NCBI RefSeq assembly: GCF_009914755.1
Contig: NC_060942.1
DNA length: 64,000 nt
Direction: 5' to 3' (one strand)
Source: the human T2T-CHM13v2.0 reference genome, Homo sapiens
Both the position numbers and the translations under genes were made by a program. Shown here one piece after another: positions 25,976 through 39,994 of the stretch. The notes below the pieces were generated by a model. It was not told the DNA's origin. It made no database searches and saw only the letters and a program-made list of their open reading frames with translations. Numbering within the stretch: the stretch's first letter is position 1; each line of letters opens with the position of its first letter.

Positions 25976-27470
25976 TCTTCAAAAAATCACACTGGCTTTC
26001 AGTTACTGGGGAGGGGTCCACAATGAGTATACATTGAGAGAAAAACATAAACCATGAATTAGTAACTTTATGAAAAAAATGTATTTTCCTTAGGAGCAGC
26101 ACTAGATTATAAATTTAGAAAATAATGAAATCTTTATCATTTGATACATTCTTCAAACAATCACTTTTAATTGGCATGTTTACAAAACTGGTTTTCTGAA
26201 GTGAAAAACATTTTACTTAGAAATAAGGTATACATGGGGACCAGGGCTACATAAATGTTTTTGGCTTTGCTGAAAACAAGCACAAAACAAACAGAATTCA
26301 ATTATTTTCTCATTGTAATCACATACGGCATTTTATATAAAATAAAAAGAATGGATTTCTACTGAATACTTTCTACTTTAATCAAAGCCCGAAATCACAC
26401 TCAAGCCTCACCAGGCAATGTGCAAAGATGAACAGTCAGCAGGCAACTGTGTTTTTAACGGATAAGTGTCCATGACAACAGGAAAAAATGCCACAGCAGT
26501 GCACGCAACACTGTTAGCAGACTCAAAGAGATTAGGGTAGAATTAGCCTAGTGATTCCTTCCTTCTTTCAGACGAATCATTCTTAACAGAATTAAGAAGC
26601 AGTGCAGGCAGTATGGGCCTGCCTCAACATTGTTTTTATACCTATTCCTGAATTCTTAGAGGACTTATGTTCTACCTAAGTGCTGCCACTATTCAACATT
26701 CCTACAGTATCAATATTTTCTTGTACCTTATAAACAACTTTACAGTCTACAATAACATAAACATGTAAAAGTATACCATTACAATAAATAATTCCAATTA
26801 CCTAAGAATTTTACCCTGATTTCATTTAAATATAATTTATTTATTAAAGAAACAAATTAATGCCCAGCCCCTTAAATAGCAGTCCTTAATTTTTACTATG
26901 CCCACTGTAGACACCACTGAGAAACAGTCATATATTAAGAGGGTAATCATCACCATAAAAACAGCAAGTATGAAAGTTGTAATTGGTACATCTGAAATGC
27001 CGAACTGCTAATAAGCACTTTTCATTTACACTATGTATTTTTTCTATTTTACTAGTACATTCTAGTCTTAATTTTAATATAAATGTAAGAAACTTAAAAT
27101 TGTTAGTATTATTATATAACTAGAACCATTTATTTTGCTTATTCATAGACAAGTTTTTCTACTTTTAAAATACCCAATAAGATAGCATTGGAATTAGGGA
27201 AATAACGTTTTATTACTTTAGTAGCATTCCAGTTTAAAAGTTCTTTGGTAATTGCGTTATCAATCTGACTCAGATGACATTTAAGGTGATCTGTCTGATG
27301 TTTAAATCCACTCTTTACAGAATGGTATTATGGCTGGTGTATATACAGTGATGGTCTTGGTATTATACTCCCAAAATATTTACAAATCTTGAAGTTTGAT
27401 AAATTCTGTTCTAATTTTCATGTTGAAAACAAGGAGACAAGTTGTCTCACTTTAACATACCTTATAAAAT

Positions 27471-27560
27471 TATTCATTCATTCAACAAGCACTTACTGGG
27501 TACCTATTATGTTCCAGGCACTGTTAGGGGCCCTAGGGATACTGCAGTGAACAAAAGAGA
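27471..27560 (-). mobile_element. L2 3' terminus
   Basis: tattcattcattcaacaagcacttactgggtacctattatgttccaggcactgtt. Confidence 0.85.
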
Positions 27561-27842
27561 AACCATAAAAATATACACACACACAAGTTTATGAAAAATT
27601 AAAGCAAGATTTGCATCGATAAGAACAAGTTACTACAGGAAATTAAGGATTTAAAAGTACAATGTTAGCATTCCTTCTGTTTGAAGTCTATAAATTTAGG
27701 ATCTCGTCTTTTCCAGCAAAGAAAAAGAATAATAAAAATCAGAGTAAATGCTTCTAGCTGGAAACTAGGCCTCATACAGGGATGGAAGGAATAACAAAGC
27801 TCCTTCCTACTAAGGAAACATAATGTTGATATTTGAAAATCG

Positions 27843-28003
27843 AAGATATGGATCATAATAAAAACTATTTGCAAATTTTATTTGTATTCAATCAGTCAAG
27901 AAGAGATTTGCTTCTGTTTCTGGCACTGCCAGTCAGTTGTTGCCAATATTAAAGCAAGAATTATCATCAGCATATAGTTAAAAAGAAATCAACTATTTGT
28001 TGG
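27843..28003 (-). repeat. Arm 2 of ~160-bp inverted duplication (partner 24823-24981)
   Basis: Reverse complement of arm 1; abuts the L1PB 5' junction. Confidence 0.95.
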
Positions 28004-28381
28004 CTGTGATATATATATACACCATGGAATACTACTCAGTCATAAAACGGAACAAAATAATGGCCTTTGCAGCAACTTGGATGGAGCTGGAGGCCATTAT
28101 TCTAAGTGAGGTAACTCAGGAATAGAAAACCAAATATCATATGTTCTCACTTATAAGCGGGAGCTAAGCTATGAGGATACAAAGGCATAAGAATAATATT
28201 AATATAATGGACTTTGGGGACTCACGGGGAAGGGTGGGAGGCGGGTGAAGGATAAAAGGTTACACACTGGGTACAGTGTACACTGCTTGGGTGACAGGTA
28301 CACCAAAATCTCAGAAATCACTACTAAAGAACTTATCCATATAACCAAAAACCACCTGTACCCTAAAAATTACTGATATAA

Positions 28382-28385
<4 letters not shown>
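28004..28385 (+). mobile_element. L1PB-like 3' end, 5'-truncated
   Basis: atatatacaccatggaatactactcagtcataaaa...caccaaaatctcagaaatcactactaaagaacttatccat. Confidence 0.92.

Positions 28386-28436
<51 letters not shown>
28386..28436. repeat. (TA)n microsatellite at the L1 tail
   Basis: Read directly. Confidence 0.95.
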
Positions 28437-28724
28437 AACAGGTTTGATTTGAAGTAGTTGATGGGGACTTATGAGCTTTAAGGACACTTAAACTAGACCC
28501 CTAGTGGCTGATGGCACTGAGTTTTCTTCCATTACATCTAATTTCACTCCAAACTTTATGGTTTTTCCTCTTGAAATAAATTCCCCACCAGCACTATTCT
28601 TATTATCATCCTCTTTGAAAAGTCTCATTCTGAGTTAACAAGTAAAGAAAGAAGAAAATGATTTTCTAAGGTCAAGAGTTGAACAAAAGACCTAAAGGAG
28701 CTGGAGATGTTGTGTTACAAGTGA

Positions 28725-29132
<408 letters not shown>

Positions 29133-29599
29133 AGCCTCTTGGACATTTGAACAGAGGTAAATAAAGACAAGAACCAGTTGGCAGCTGCGCTAATTTGCTG
29201 GCTGTACCCTGGAGGTGGAATTCTAGAAACTGTTCACATTTTGCCTGTTAACCCCTTACATTGTTTCTCCAAGGTTTTCCTGGTATATTCTTCCAGTAAA
29301 CAATTCCTTTTGCTTAAACTGGGTTCTGTTACTTCCATCCAAAAGAATACTATCACACCCCCTCCCACTGATCCATTCCCCTTTTCTATTCATCTTGCTA
29401 AAAACTTTCAATGCTTCCTACTGTCAATAAGATAAAATTAAGACTATAAATATTCCAATATTCTCTGTTATGACACTTCTATAGGCTTTCAAATCCAGGC
29501 CTATCTACTCAATGACATGCGAAGTGCATACATGCCTTGCTTCCCATTCTAAAACACTATTAAAAATAATAATGGAAAACACAGTGAACATTATTTTAA

Positions 29600-29768
29600 C
29601 AGTATGTTTGGGTTCAATGGTTCAATGATGGGCCTGCTAATTATTAGATGTGGAAGCTTGCACATGTTTTCAACTTCTCTAAGCCTTAGTTACTTGTCAA
29701 AAAAAAAATGAAGATAATATCTTGTTCCTAGAATTATACTGAAGATTTTAAAAAGATAATATATAACA

Positions 29769-29803
<35 letters not shown>

Positions 29804-29850
29804 CAGGTCCTGGCACATAGAATGTTTTCTATAAATGAGATTCATTATAT
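29600..29850 (+). mobile_element. MIR containing (GT)n at 29771-29800
   Basis: ttctctaagccttagttac...aaaatgaagataat...cctggcacatag. Confidence 0.65.
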
Positions 29851-29879
29851 TTCATTATGACTTAAATTCATTATCTCTA

Positions 29880-30770
29880 TCCCAGAACTTTCTTGCTATT
29901 CAGAGCAATAGATCTAAGTAGCTACATGAAATTTTCAGGTAGATAGACCTCAAATTCCAAATTCAAAAAGAAAAATTAACACCCACATTCCTCTGAGCCT
30001 GGGTTCTCCTACACCGCTCACCATCTACCAGTACCTCAGCCGTTAAGTATGATAATCTTATAGTTCTTCCTCATCCAACTGGTCTTCAAGCCCTCTAGAC
30101 TTTACCTCTAAGGATAAAGGTTATATCCTCTCCACTTCTCCCAGGCACATAGATTCTCTAAACCTCTTATGAGGCCTCTAGTAATAGCTTCCTAACTGAG
30201 CTAGTTTGTCCTTGTTGTACTCACCAAATTTACCCTCCCAACAGCTGATGAATAAGTCTTTGTAAAACCCAAAGCTTATCAGGTTTAAACTTATAAATAG
30301 CTCTCCATTGATTAGAAAAGAAAGACCTACTCCTTTGAGTGTTACACATGTCCTTCAACAATGTGGCCACAGCCTAAAAGTCAATTCTCTCATCATGGTC
30401 TTGTAAATGAACTTCATTTCCATTGTATTCAATTGCTTACAGTTTCTGGAACACATCCAACTGTTTCAGGCTTCTGCCTTGCTCATGCTAGCCTATCTGA
30501 GTGGAACACTCTTACTTAAGCACCTGGGCCAGTGGCTACTCATCTTTTAAGGGTCATTTCCTTTATGACGTCCCAGCAGACAAAGCCCTCCCCCACATGT
30601 GTGCTTCAACTGTACTCTTTAAATGCTTCCATCACAGCACTCAAAGCTGAATTTCACATGCCTGTTTACATATTTTCCCAAACCGAAGCTTCCTTTAGAA
30701 GCTCTGGTGCTCAGCTCAGAGCCCGGCACAAAACAGGCTCTTGAGATCTGCCTGCTGAATGAATAAAGGT
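29880..30770 (+). mobile_element. L2 LINE 3' fragment
   Basis: L2-like body ending gcccggcacaaaacaggctc...gctgaatgaataaa. Confidence 0.65.
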
Positions 30771-32506
30771 AGAAAGCAGAAAAAGACAACTGAGAGAACT
30801 GAATAATTAACAGTAAAGTTCAGGTTATTTTCTGGAGTCTGTAGACATTCAGCTCAGTGACTATCACTGGACCGACAATGATACTGAATACAGTAACTGT
30901 TCATCTTTATGATTTCTGCTCATTAAGAAAACACTCCATCAGAGTTGTGCAGGATGCCTTATTTAAGGTAGTCAAGTATGTGATAAAGCTGATGCATCAT
31001 TCCAAAGGGGGCTGAGTCAAGCATTCCTTTCTATAAGATGGCGTTTGACCCTTAAATGACAATTTGAGAAACAGAAAGGCTTCACAGTCTAAATAATTTA
31101 AATACGGTGCATTACAGAGCAGCACCAGAAAAAAAGCTATTGTTATCTAGTACTTTGTGATCTTCTCCTTTATTATTAGGAAATGTAGGCACTTCAATAC
31201 ATTTACACATAACTTCCTTAGTAGGTAACTAAACTTTTAGAAAAAATCTGGAGGATAAGAATATATTGGAAGAATATTTTAACAAGCTCATTAAAACAGA
31301 GAATTATTTCTTTAAAAATGTTGATAGTTATGCTATAATAAAAACTTGAGAATAAATGCAAAGATGTGGTCAGAAACCCAAAAAGTAAGAATTTTTTGGC
31401 ATAAAGTGATGCTTTGGGTGGGAAAGAATATAAACAAAAGTCATAATTTAGAGAAAAATCATATATTACTGAATCAAATTAAGTTACAAGACTCAGTGCT
31501 GAGAAAAATGCTCTGCAAATTTATAGAATGCATCCTGTGTAACAAGTCTTCTATGAAATTTTGTCACAGACCTGAATAAAATCTATGTAAGTTGTCAAGA
31601 TTTAGCCTAGTCAATTAAATAAGTAAATGGAATCAGTGACCATTTTATAGACATTTAGATGTGCTACTTATTTTAACTTTTATAAATAGTCCTTTAAAAA
31701 ATGTGGGGGACTTTCTAATGAACTTTGCTCTGAGCAAAAACATAATTTTGCTTTTCAGATTTCACTGATGTTCAATTGGAGTAATGGATAAAAGTGACAG
31801 AAGCCATGACTGATTAACTGGAAGTAAATTTCTTCCTCTAAAGCAGCCTTAAGGCAGGTATGCAATATTACCTTTGTGAAATCTAGTGGAGAGTTGGAAA
31901 ATAGAGATTCTATGAATTTCAAGAATTATACATTACTGGAATGTGCTGAAAACCAAATGGATGTATTTGATGTGATTCCTAGAGGGATTCCTTTACACTT
32001 CAGATCTTCTACAGCTTTGTAATCTGCCAGGCTCCAGGCAGTTCACAAACAAATTACCGTCACTTCCATAGGAAGCAGATTTTTAGCTGTAGAGAAGCAA
32101 CTAAGTTACAAAAAAGCACCAAGAGATTTAAATACCTAGAAGCTTGCTAGAAGCCAAAAAGAAATGAGATACTGATTAAAATTAGATATCTATCATAGTC
32201 TTGGCCCTCAATATTCAAGGCTAAGCAAGAAAAAATATCAAAATACTCTTCATTTTACATCTGAAGATATCTTAAGGACAGAGGTTATGTTTCGCCTGTC
32301 AAGCACTCAGCCAACAGACGGCCATACTTAACGATTTTATCCTTTTAAAACAAAGGAAGCAACCTGCCCTATAAAGCTGTGCTAGATTTCACTTCAGTAG
32401 GTATCAGAACAGGAAAAAGCAGAGTGTTCATTTGATCTTTCAAGTTCTGATCTCGTAAGATTTGAGACTGACATAAAGAGATTGCTTCCATATAAAGAAT
32501 GAAACT

Positions 32507-33335
<829 letters not shown>

Positions 33336-34734
33336 TATTAAATGTGTATACAGAAACAACTCTGCAAAAATGTACCTCACAAGGGCGATAAATAATGATT
33401 CTGGTTGTTATAAAGAATAACTGTATTCGATACGTTTTTGATATGGGTCAAATGCTCCCAAAGCATACAAAGTGGGCACGGAGAGACTGGCATTAAAGTT
33501 TTGGCATTTCGTCAGGACTACAATGCTATTCAAAATGCTATTCCCCAGCTTTCATGAAGGTGTTTCTTTTCAATAAATCTGAAGCACCATAACCATGACA
33601 CAAATTTGAATGTAAACAAAGAATGCTGATCCCGTAACTAAATGCAGCAGTGCCTTTACTTCAGAACAGGCAAACACTGCCAGCAAAAACAACAAACAAA
33701 ATTTCTGTTGAAACAGAAACAGCAGAGCGTGAAATAGCAGCCTGCCATCAGACATTGGGAGTTTGATTTTCATCAATGGCAGCTGAAACAGCCCTCTCCA
33801 CCCACTTCTGCATGAAAAAAGAAAAGAAAAGAAAACTGATAATACCATCTGCATGCAAGCAGGAGGACAAACCTTGTGGGTCTATTTGCTGCACTCCAGC
33901 ATGAACCTAGAGCAGCCACAAACTCCTCTTTAGGCTCTATTTCATTCCGTGAACCTAACTGATACTCCCAGTTATTGTACATTTGGAGGAATACACAGTG
34001 ATTTTATTTTTTAAAGATTCTGGCGGTGTCACGACATCTATTGGAAAACTTTTCAAGCAGAGGGCTTCTGATTGATTTGCTTGGGGTCATGTGGAGGTAA
34101 AAGAAAAAGTTTAAAAAAATAAGCACTTACAAGTGGCAAATGGCAAATCCAACCAGCAAAGGTGAGTGCATTTCAAAAGCTTCCTCTGTGATGACTACAC
34201 AGAAACGTGCTATGGGCATGTACTATGTGCGCCAAAATAACTGCCGATGGTTGCGATATGGCTATTTCCAATTCATGTGTTACAATGCTAAACACGCTCC
34301 TGAAACACTACCTTCTGCGAGAGAGGAAACTTTCACACAGAGACGAAATGAACAGGACAAATATACACTGTGGTAGTACTAAAAGGAAATTTAGACCGAA
34401 TAAAGCAGATTGATAACACGGGTGGAAAACATCCTCGGCTAGACTAGATTATTAATGATACCAGAGAAGCAACAATGTGCTTTATAATTCTTATATGTAT
34501 TTGTACATCATGAACGGCATATTGATCATAAGGAAACAAAGCAAATGGATTAACTCACCACTGAATAGTATCTATGGCAAGGCCACATGCACATTACATG
34601 TCAAAAGACAACCAACCTCCACAACAACAATCTCAGCCACATCCTGCAGACCTAGTCACTGCTGTTAGAAATGTTTGGTGCAATTTAACCCGTATGCAAC
34701 TAATAATTATTATGATGATAATCATTTAAATAGT

Positions 34735-35135
34735 TTAGATTACTGCATAGCAAATAGTCACTACCCTCTTACTGCCACTATTGGCAGAATATACTTTCCC
34801 ATTTCATTGATGTTTAGTGTGGTGAGATGTCTTGCTTTGGCCACTGGGATGTTGGTGGATATAACATCAGTAAATGCTTGAAATGTGCCTGCCTTCTTGG
34901 AGTATGCTACCACCATGCAAAAGAACATGTTCTGCCTACCCACCAAATTAAGGATGAAGGCATGTGGAGCAGATCTAGACCAAATCTGCAGCGTGGATCT
35001 AAGCCCAGCCTGGATAAGCTGAGCCCCACTTGGCTCACAAATGCAGGAGCAAGAAGAGTGATTGTCGTTTTAAGCCACTGAGTTCCGAGGTGGTTTGTTA
35101 TGCAGCATCACTGTGGCAAATGCTAACTGAGAACA
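34735..35135 (+). mobile_element. MaLR LTR (MLT1I/J-like)
   Basis: cttgctttggccactgggatg...ttttaagccactgagttccgaggtggtttgttatgcagca...gctaactga. Confidence 0.75.
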
Positions 35136-35312
35136 ATATCAACAACACATCATCACAAATAGAGCCCATTTTTAATTAAATGGTATAGGGTAAAATTAAA
35201 ATACAGACATTGCAGTATTGCTGATAGCATATAGTTATAAGCCTTAGTATTATACAATTGGACCTTCTTTTAGTTTTACCCCCTTCTGACTCTTCTACAC
35301 CCACATAAGTAG

Positions 35313-35499
35313 CTGCTGCCATTTAATAAATACTATGTCTCAGGCACTAGAGCAGTCACTTTCTATTCATTTCATTCTTAAAAAAAATTCCTGTAATGTA
35401 AATATTATCCTCCTTTCCTGATGAGGAAATTAAGACTCACAGAGTTTAGGCAGTTTATCAGATCCCACAGCTAATGGGCTGCAGTTCTAGGTTTCAAGA
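35313..35499 (-). mobile_element. MIR (second copy of duplicated segment B)
   Basis: tattatcctcctttcctgatgaggaaattaagactcacagag matches antisense MIR; near-identical to 32989-33170. Confidence 0.8.
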
Positions 35500-37751
35500 A
35501 GGTGCTTCTTTAATACTTACCATATTTCAGAGTAAGATTTTTTTCTATTTAAAAATGTTTAAAGGGGAAACCAGCAGGCTGCATAGAGGAGATATAATGC
35601 CTTTTTCACTTTTGTTGCTCTGCAGGGACTCATCTAGCACTGAAATAGCTCTCCCATTCCCACCCCCAGATGGTCCACTTGACAAGGAGAGGCCTCTGGG
35701 GATGCCTGAAAGCTCTCTTCTTGCACAGGAGAAGTACAGCCTAGAAAATTCCTAAGATAGTCATAAGTTTTAGCTCAAGAAGATTCTTTTTAAAAAGCTT
35801 ATTTCTTTTAATCCATGATCATTAAGATAATTCAGTCTTGATAAGGACTATACAAAGGAAAAATCAGACTTTTATTTTTAAAAATATGTATTTCCTTAAC
35901 CAGGCATATTCCTAACTAATCCATGTTACCAACTGAAAAGAAAATATTTAATTCTCTCAAACAATTTTTCCTTCTCAATTCTAATCCATATGCATATTGT
36001 AAAAAATAGGTAACTATGAACATTTTCCTTGAGGTAGCTTTTAGAAGATACTGATGAAGAGATTAAATCCTTCCAGGTATTATATTATTGTTAATATTTC
36101 TGTTACACTTTTATCAGATATATTTCCTAGTACCTCAGGGTAGTCGGGATTTCTCTATTTTATAGTAGTGAAAACTAAAGTATAGCTAACATGATACTAG
36201 GCAAAAATCATTCAAAACCTGAAGATAGTGTAATACCACAAAATAGATACAATGATTAGAAGTAACAATGACCTTGGGAAAATACTAAATAGATTTCAAA
36301 CTAATCCCTGCATAATTAATAGGATGGTGTTATCTCTACAGTCTGTAATACTAGACTTGCAACTAAAAATGTCTGCTTGTCCTGGGAAATGCAGTGTATA
36401 AGGTAAGAGAAAGTGATTTCCATGTAAGATGACAGACTCCTTGTCAGAATCATTCTTATTTCTATCAGGAGTGCTGAACTTTTTAAAATTAAGATATTAA
36501 ATGTCAAACATTTTTATTAAAGATAATAGAACCTTTTCTGTAAATTAACCTTACTCAAAATATGTCTCTTACCAACTATAGAACTGTCTTGCCCTGGAGT
36601 GTTTATGAGTAGTTTTCCAACCTACATCCTATAAGGACAGCTAAGAATGCCTCTAAATCTATAGGGAAACTACATGAATCAAACTCCTGAATGTGCTAAA
36701 GTGTACTGTTATATCTTTTACTACGAAATCACTACGTAATAATGATAATTATGTCATAGCACTAATTTTTACTGGGAATGATTGCAAAATACACAAAAAG
36801 AGAGAAAAGTACAAAAAACTCATACCAATCATCCAGGTTGGATAGCTATCAGAATTCTGCCACGCATGTTTTATATATCCATTTTATTGCAGTTGCATAA
36901 GTACTTTACAGCAAATACCAGATCCCATTTGTATGCATCTCTACAAATGCAGACACTTTTGTAAAACAACAACGATGTCATTATAGCCCAAACGTAATGA
37001 ATAACTGTTATGAGATATCCGATATATGAAGTTAAAGCAAGCTTGTATATTTTACAAAGACAATTCTTTGTATTTCCCAGCTCTAGAGTACATTTCCTCC
37101 AAAAAATTAAGAAATGAAAAATAATTAGAAGAGTCATAATTTCAATTTTCAACTTATTCCACATGGGAAGTAATTTGTGTAAGGGAAGTATAACTGAAAG
37201 AAGACATGGTATCAATATCTGTATCAAACTTATAATTAAATAGATGAAGAAAAAGGAATTATTACTTGAATTTTAGTTTATATTTAAGCCGTAGTAACAG
37301 CAAATGAAAAAATAAATTTTAACTTCTCAGTGTCCTTTGTCATTGAAGAGTATACAGAAGAAAACTCTGAAATGAAAAGCTACTATATTTTATGGTTCAC
37401 CTCTCTATAAGGTCTTATGTGTATTTGTTTGGAAAGGGAGAGAGAAATTTCAAAGACGGCAAAGAAGTATTTGAAAATCATTAAATAGTACTTTAACTTC
37501 AGTGTTACATGGGTACGTGCATCACAAGTATCAATATTGGGGAAAATTAAAAGGAAAACAGTATTGGAACAAAATACAAACCACCGAAGGACTGGAAGTG
37601 AAAATGTAGGCCATGACGAAGTGGCCAGACATTCTCAGGTGTGCCTACCTGCTCAATATCACGAAACAGTTCATTGAAACAAGATGCCTTGTTTTATACA
37701 GTTTAAAAATTAATCTCTCCCTCTTCAAATCACTAGAAAATTATATTCTGT

Positions 37752-38135
37752 GGGTAATGGGCTGAATGTGTCCCCTTAAAATTCATGCATTAAAATCTTA
37801 ACTCCTCAGTACCTTAGAATCTGACTATATTTGGAGATAAGTCATTTAAAGAGGTAATTAAGGTAAAATGAGGTCGTATGGGGGGGTCCTAATCCAATAT
37901 GCCTGGTGTCCATATAAAAAGACGAATTTTGGACACAGACATGCATGTGCACAGAGGGAGGACCATGTGAGGACACAGCTAGAAGGCTATCGGGGAGAAG
38001 AAGCCTTCAAAGAAACTAAACCTGCTGGCACCTTGATCTCAGACTTCCAGCCTTTAGAACTATGAGAAATAAATTTCTGTTGTTTAAGCCATGCAGCCTG
38101 TGGTATTGTGTTATGTCAGCTCAAGCAAGCCATTC
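37752..38135 (+). mobile_element. MaLR LTR (MLT1A/B-like)
   Basis: gggctgaatgtgtcccc...ttggagataag...cctgctggcaccttgatctcagacttccagcc...ttctgttgtttaagcca. Confidence 0.88.
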
Positions 38136-38350
38136 CACCATGTAATTGTAGAGTTTGAAAATCGTCAAACTCTGCAAATTATTCACTGACTTCTTAGATA
38201 ACCAGGCAAGTTAGTAAAACCTTAATTTTTTAATAAGTATTAGACATTTTTAAAGATATCTTTTAAAGATTATAAAACCTATTATGCTTAAGAAGATAAC
38301 TATAATTCATTAAGATTATCAAACATCCAGTGAGTAATTTACCTGTCACA

Positions 38351-38700
38351 TGTTAAATAAAATTTGTAGGGCCCAACAGACCAAACCAAGATGGGGTTAT
38401 TCATGCTAAATGAAAGTAATGAACTTAGGAGTACACTCATGTAACAACTCGCTGAGTTTTGGTTAGTTACAGCAGCTGAGCTTTAGCTAGTCACTGGAAG
38501 CAGCCAACTGATTCAAATAACCAATTAAGTCCTATACCTCACTTCTGTTTTCTTTCTGTAAATACTGTCTGAACAGGCTGCAGCCCCAGAGTTCGTTCTG
38601 GTTCTGAGGGCTGCCCGTTTCAAGATTCATAAATATAAACGAATTAACATCTTTATACTAAATTTGTTTTTTAAGACTATTGGTCTTTTGTCTTTTAAGA
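38351..38700 (+). mobile_element. 5' LTR of ERV1 provirus (MER4/MER57 group)
   Basis: Starts tgttaaat; homologous to 44265-44628 (caacagaccaaac, ttctggttctgagggctgccc); followed by tggtgccc PBS-like sequence. Confidence 0.85.
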
Positions 38701-39994
38701 CTATTGGTGCCCAGTGTGGCACTGGAAGGACATTGATGGTGAATCCAAACATCCCTTGAGGAATGCAGGAGAGGTACCACTGAATCTTTTTTGAAGTCCT
38801 CTATCTTTCTTACGGGCTCCCGAGAATTTTAAGTTCCTCTTGGGTTGGACTCTGCTCTTTTTGCATCGAGCCCCTAACCTTTTAGGTTTCTGAATCCAGG
38901 GTTAGTTTGTGCCATGGGAGGCTGCATAACCTGGGGTCAGGTACCAAGGGTGAGTCTGTGCTGTGAGAGAGCACACAAACTTTGAAAGTCTTGACAAAAA
39001 CAGGACTGGATCCTGTAGGGAGGAGTCAGGTGTCTGAGTCAGATTAAAAGTGGACTGGCTTCCATAGGTAGGTAAGGTTACTAGAATACAAGGAATCCTG
39101 GGATCATCTGGATCCAAGGAGTCTAGAACTCCAGCCAATTTCATGCATAAGAACCATGGACTCAGAAGCTGTGCCTTTTTTATTTTTAAGCAAAATGGGT
39201 AAACCTTACCAAAAATAGTTAGACTGGCCACAGTGAAGTTCTAACCTAGATAAAATTGTTCACTTGTAGGGCTCCTTAGGAAAGAAAAGATCAGAACCCC
39301 ACAGGAACAATGACATGCATTTTTGTTTGGAACACAGAGGCTAAAAGATTAAACAAATCAAAAACTGCCTCCTTACCAAAGGCAAACGGGCATGTCTTGA
39401 CAGCTACAACACTTACAGAAATCAAAAGAACTTCCTTGCACACATTTTAAACCAAAACCATGATGTTCCAAACTAAAAAACTCTGTGCCCAAGATGTCTG
39501 CCTTTATTGTAAACAGCCAGGCCATTAGAAAGGATATTGTCCACTTTTACACCAGCCACTTGATGAATGTATTCTCTATGACCTGGACTGTTTCCCTACT
39601 AATGGAAGCCCCGAAAGACTTTACTTCCAGGATAATAATCATCAAATTAGCACTCTGTTTGTTTTTTCCTGTTTGATCCTGTAAAATGGGAAACTTTCAG
39701 CTGACTGAAATCCCTCCTCTCAAACCTTTGTTGCCATTTCTTTCTTGTCATAATCTTTGCTATACTCCTAAATTTTTTCTTGGTGAAGAAAATGCATTTA
39801 TGGCATAAGGATTATTTTCAGCTGGTTATTTCAAGACCCTTCTGTAAGAAAAATTTATATCTATAAAGAAATCTCAATTTGTAAGTGTGTCTCCCTCTCT
39901 ATACTGAGAAGACAGAGAGAGCTAAGTCACTAGAAACTTTTACAATGGAGAAGCCAAACGCTTAAATTTATATAACATGCCTCACTTAGGACCA

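Noticed and set aside
36871-37227. 118-aa hydrophobic ORF (and similar F/L/I-rich ORFs)
   Set aside because: Composition follows AT-rich sequence and partial old L1; no splice or homology support.
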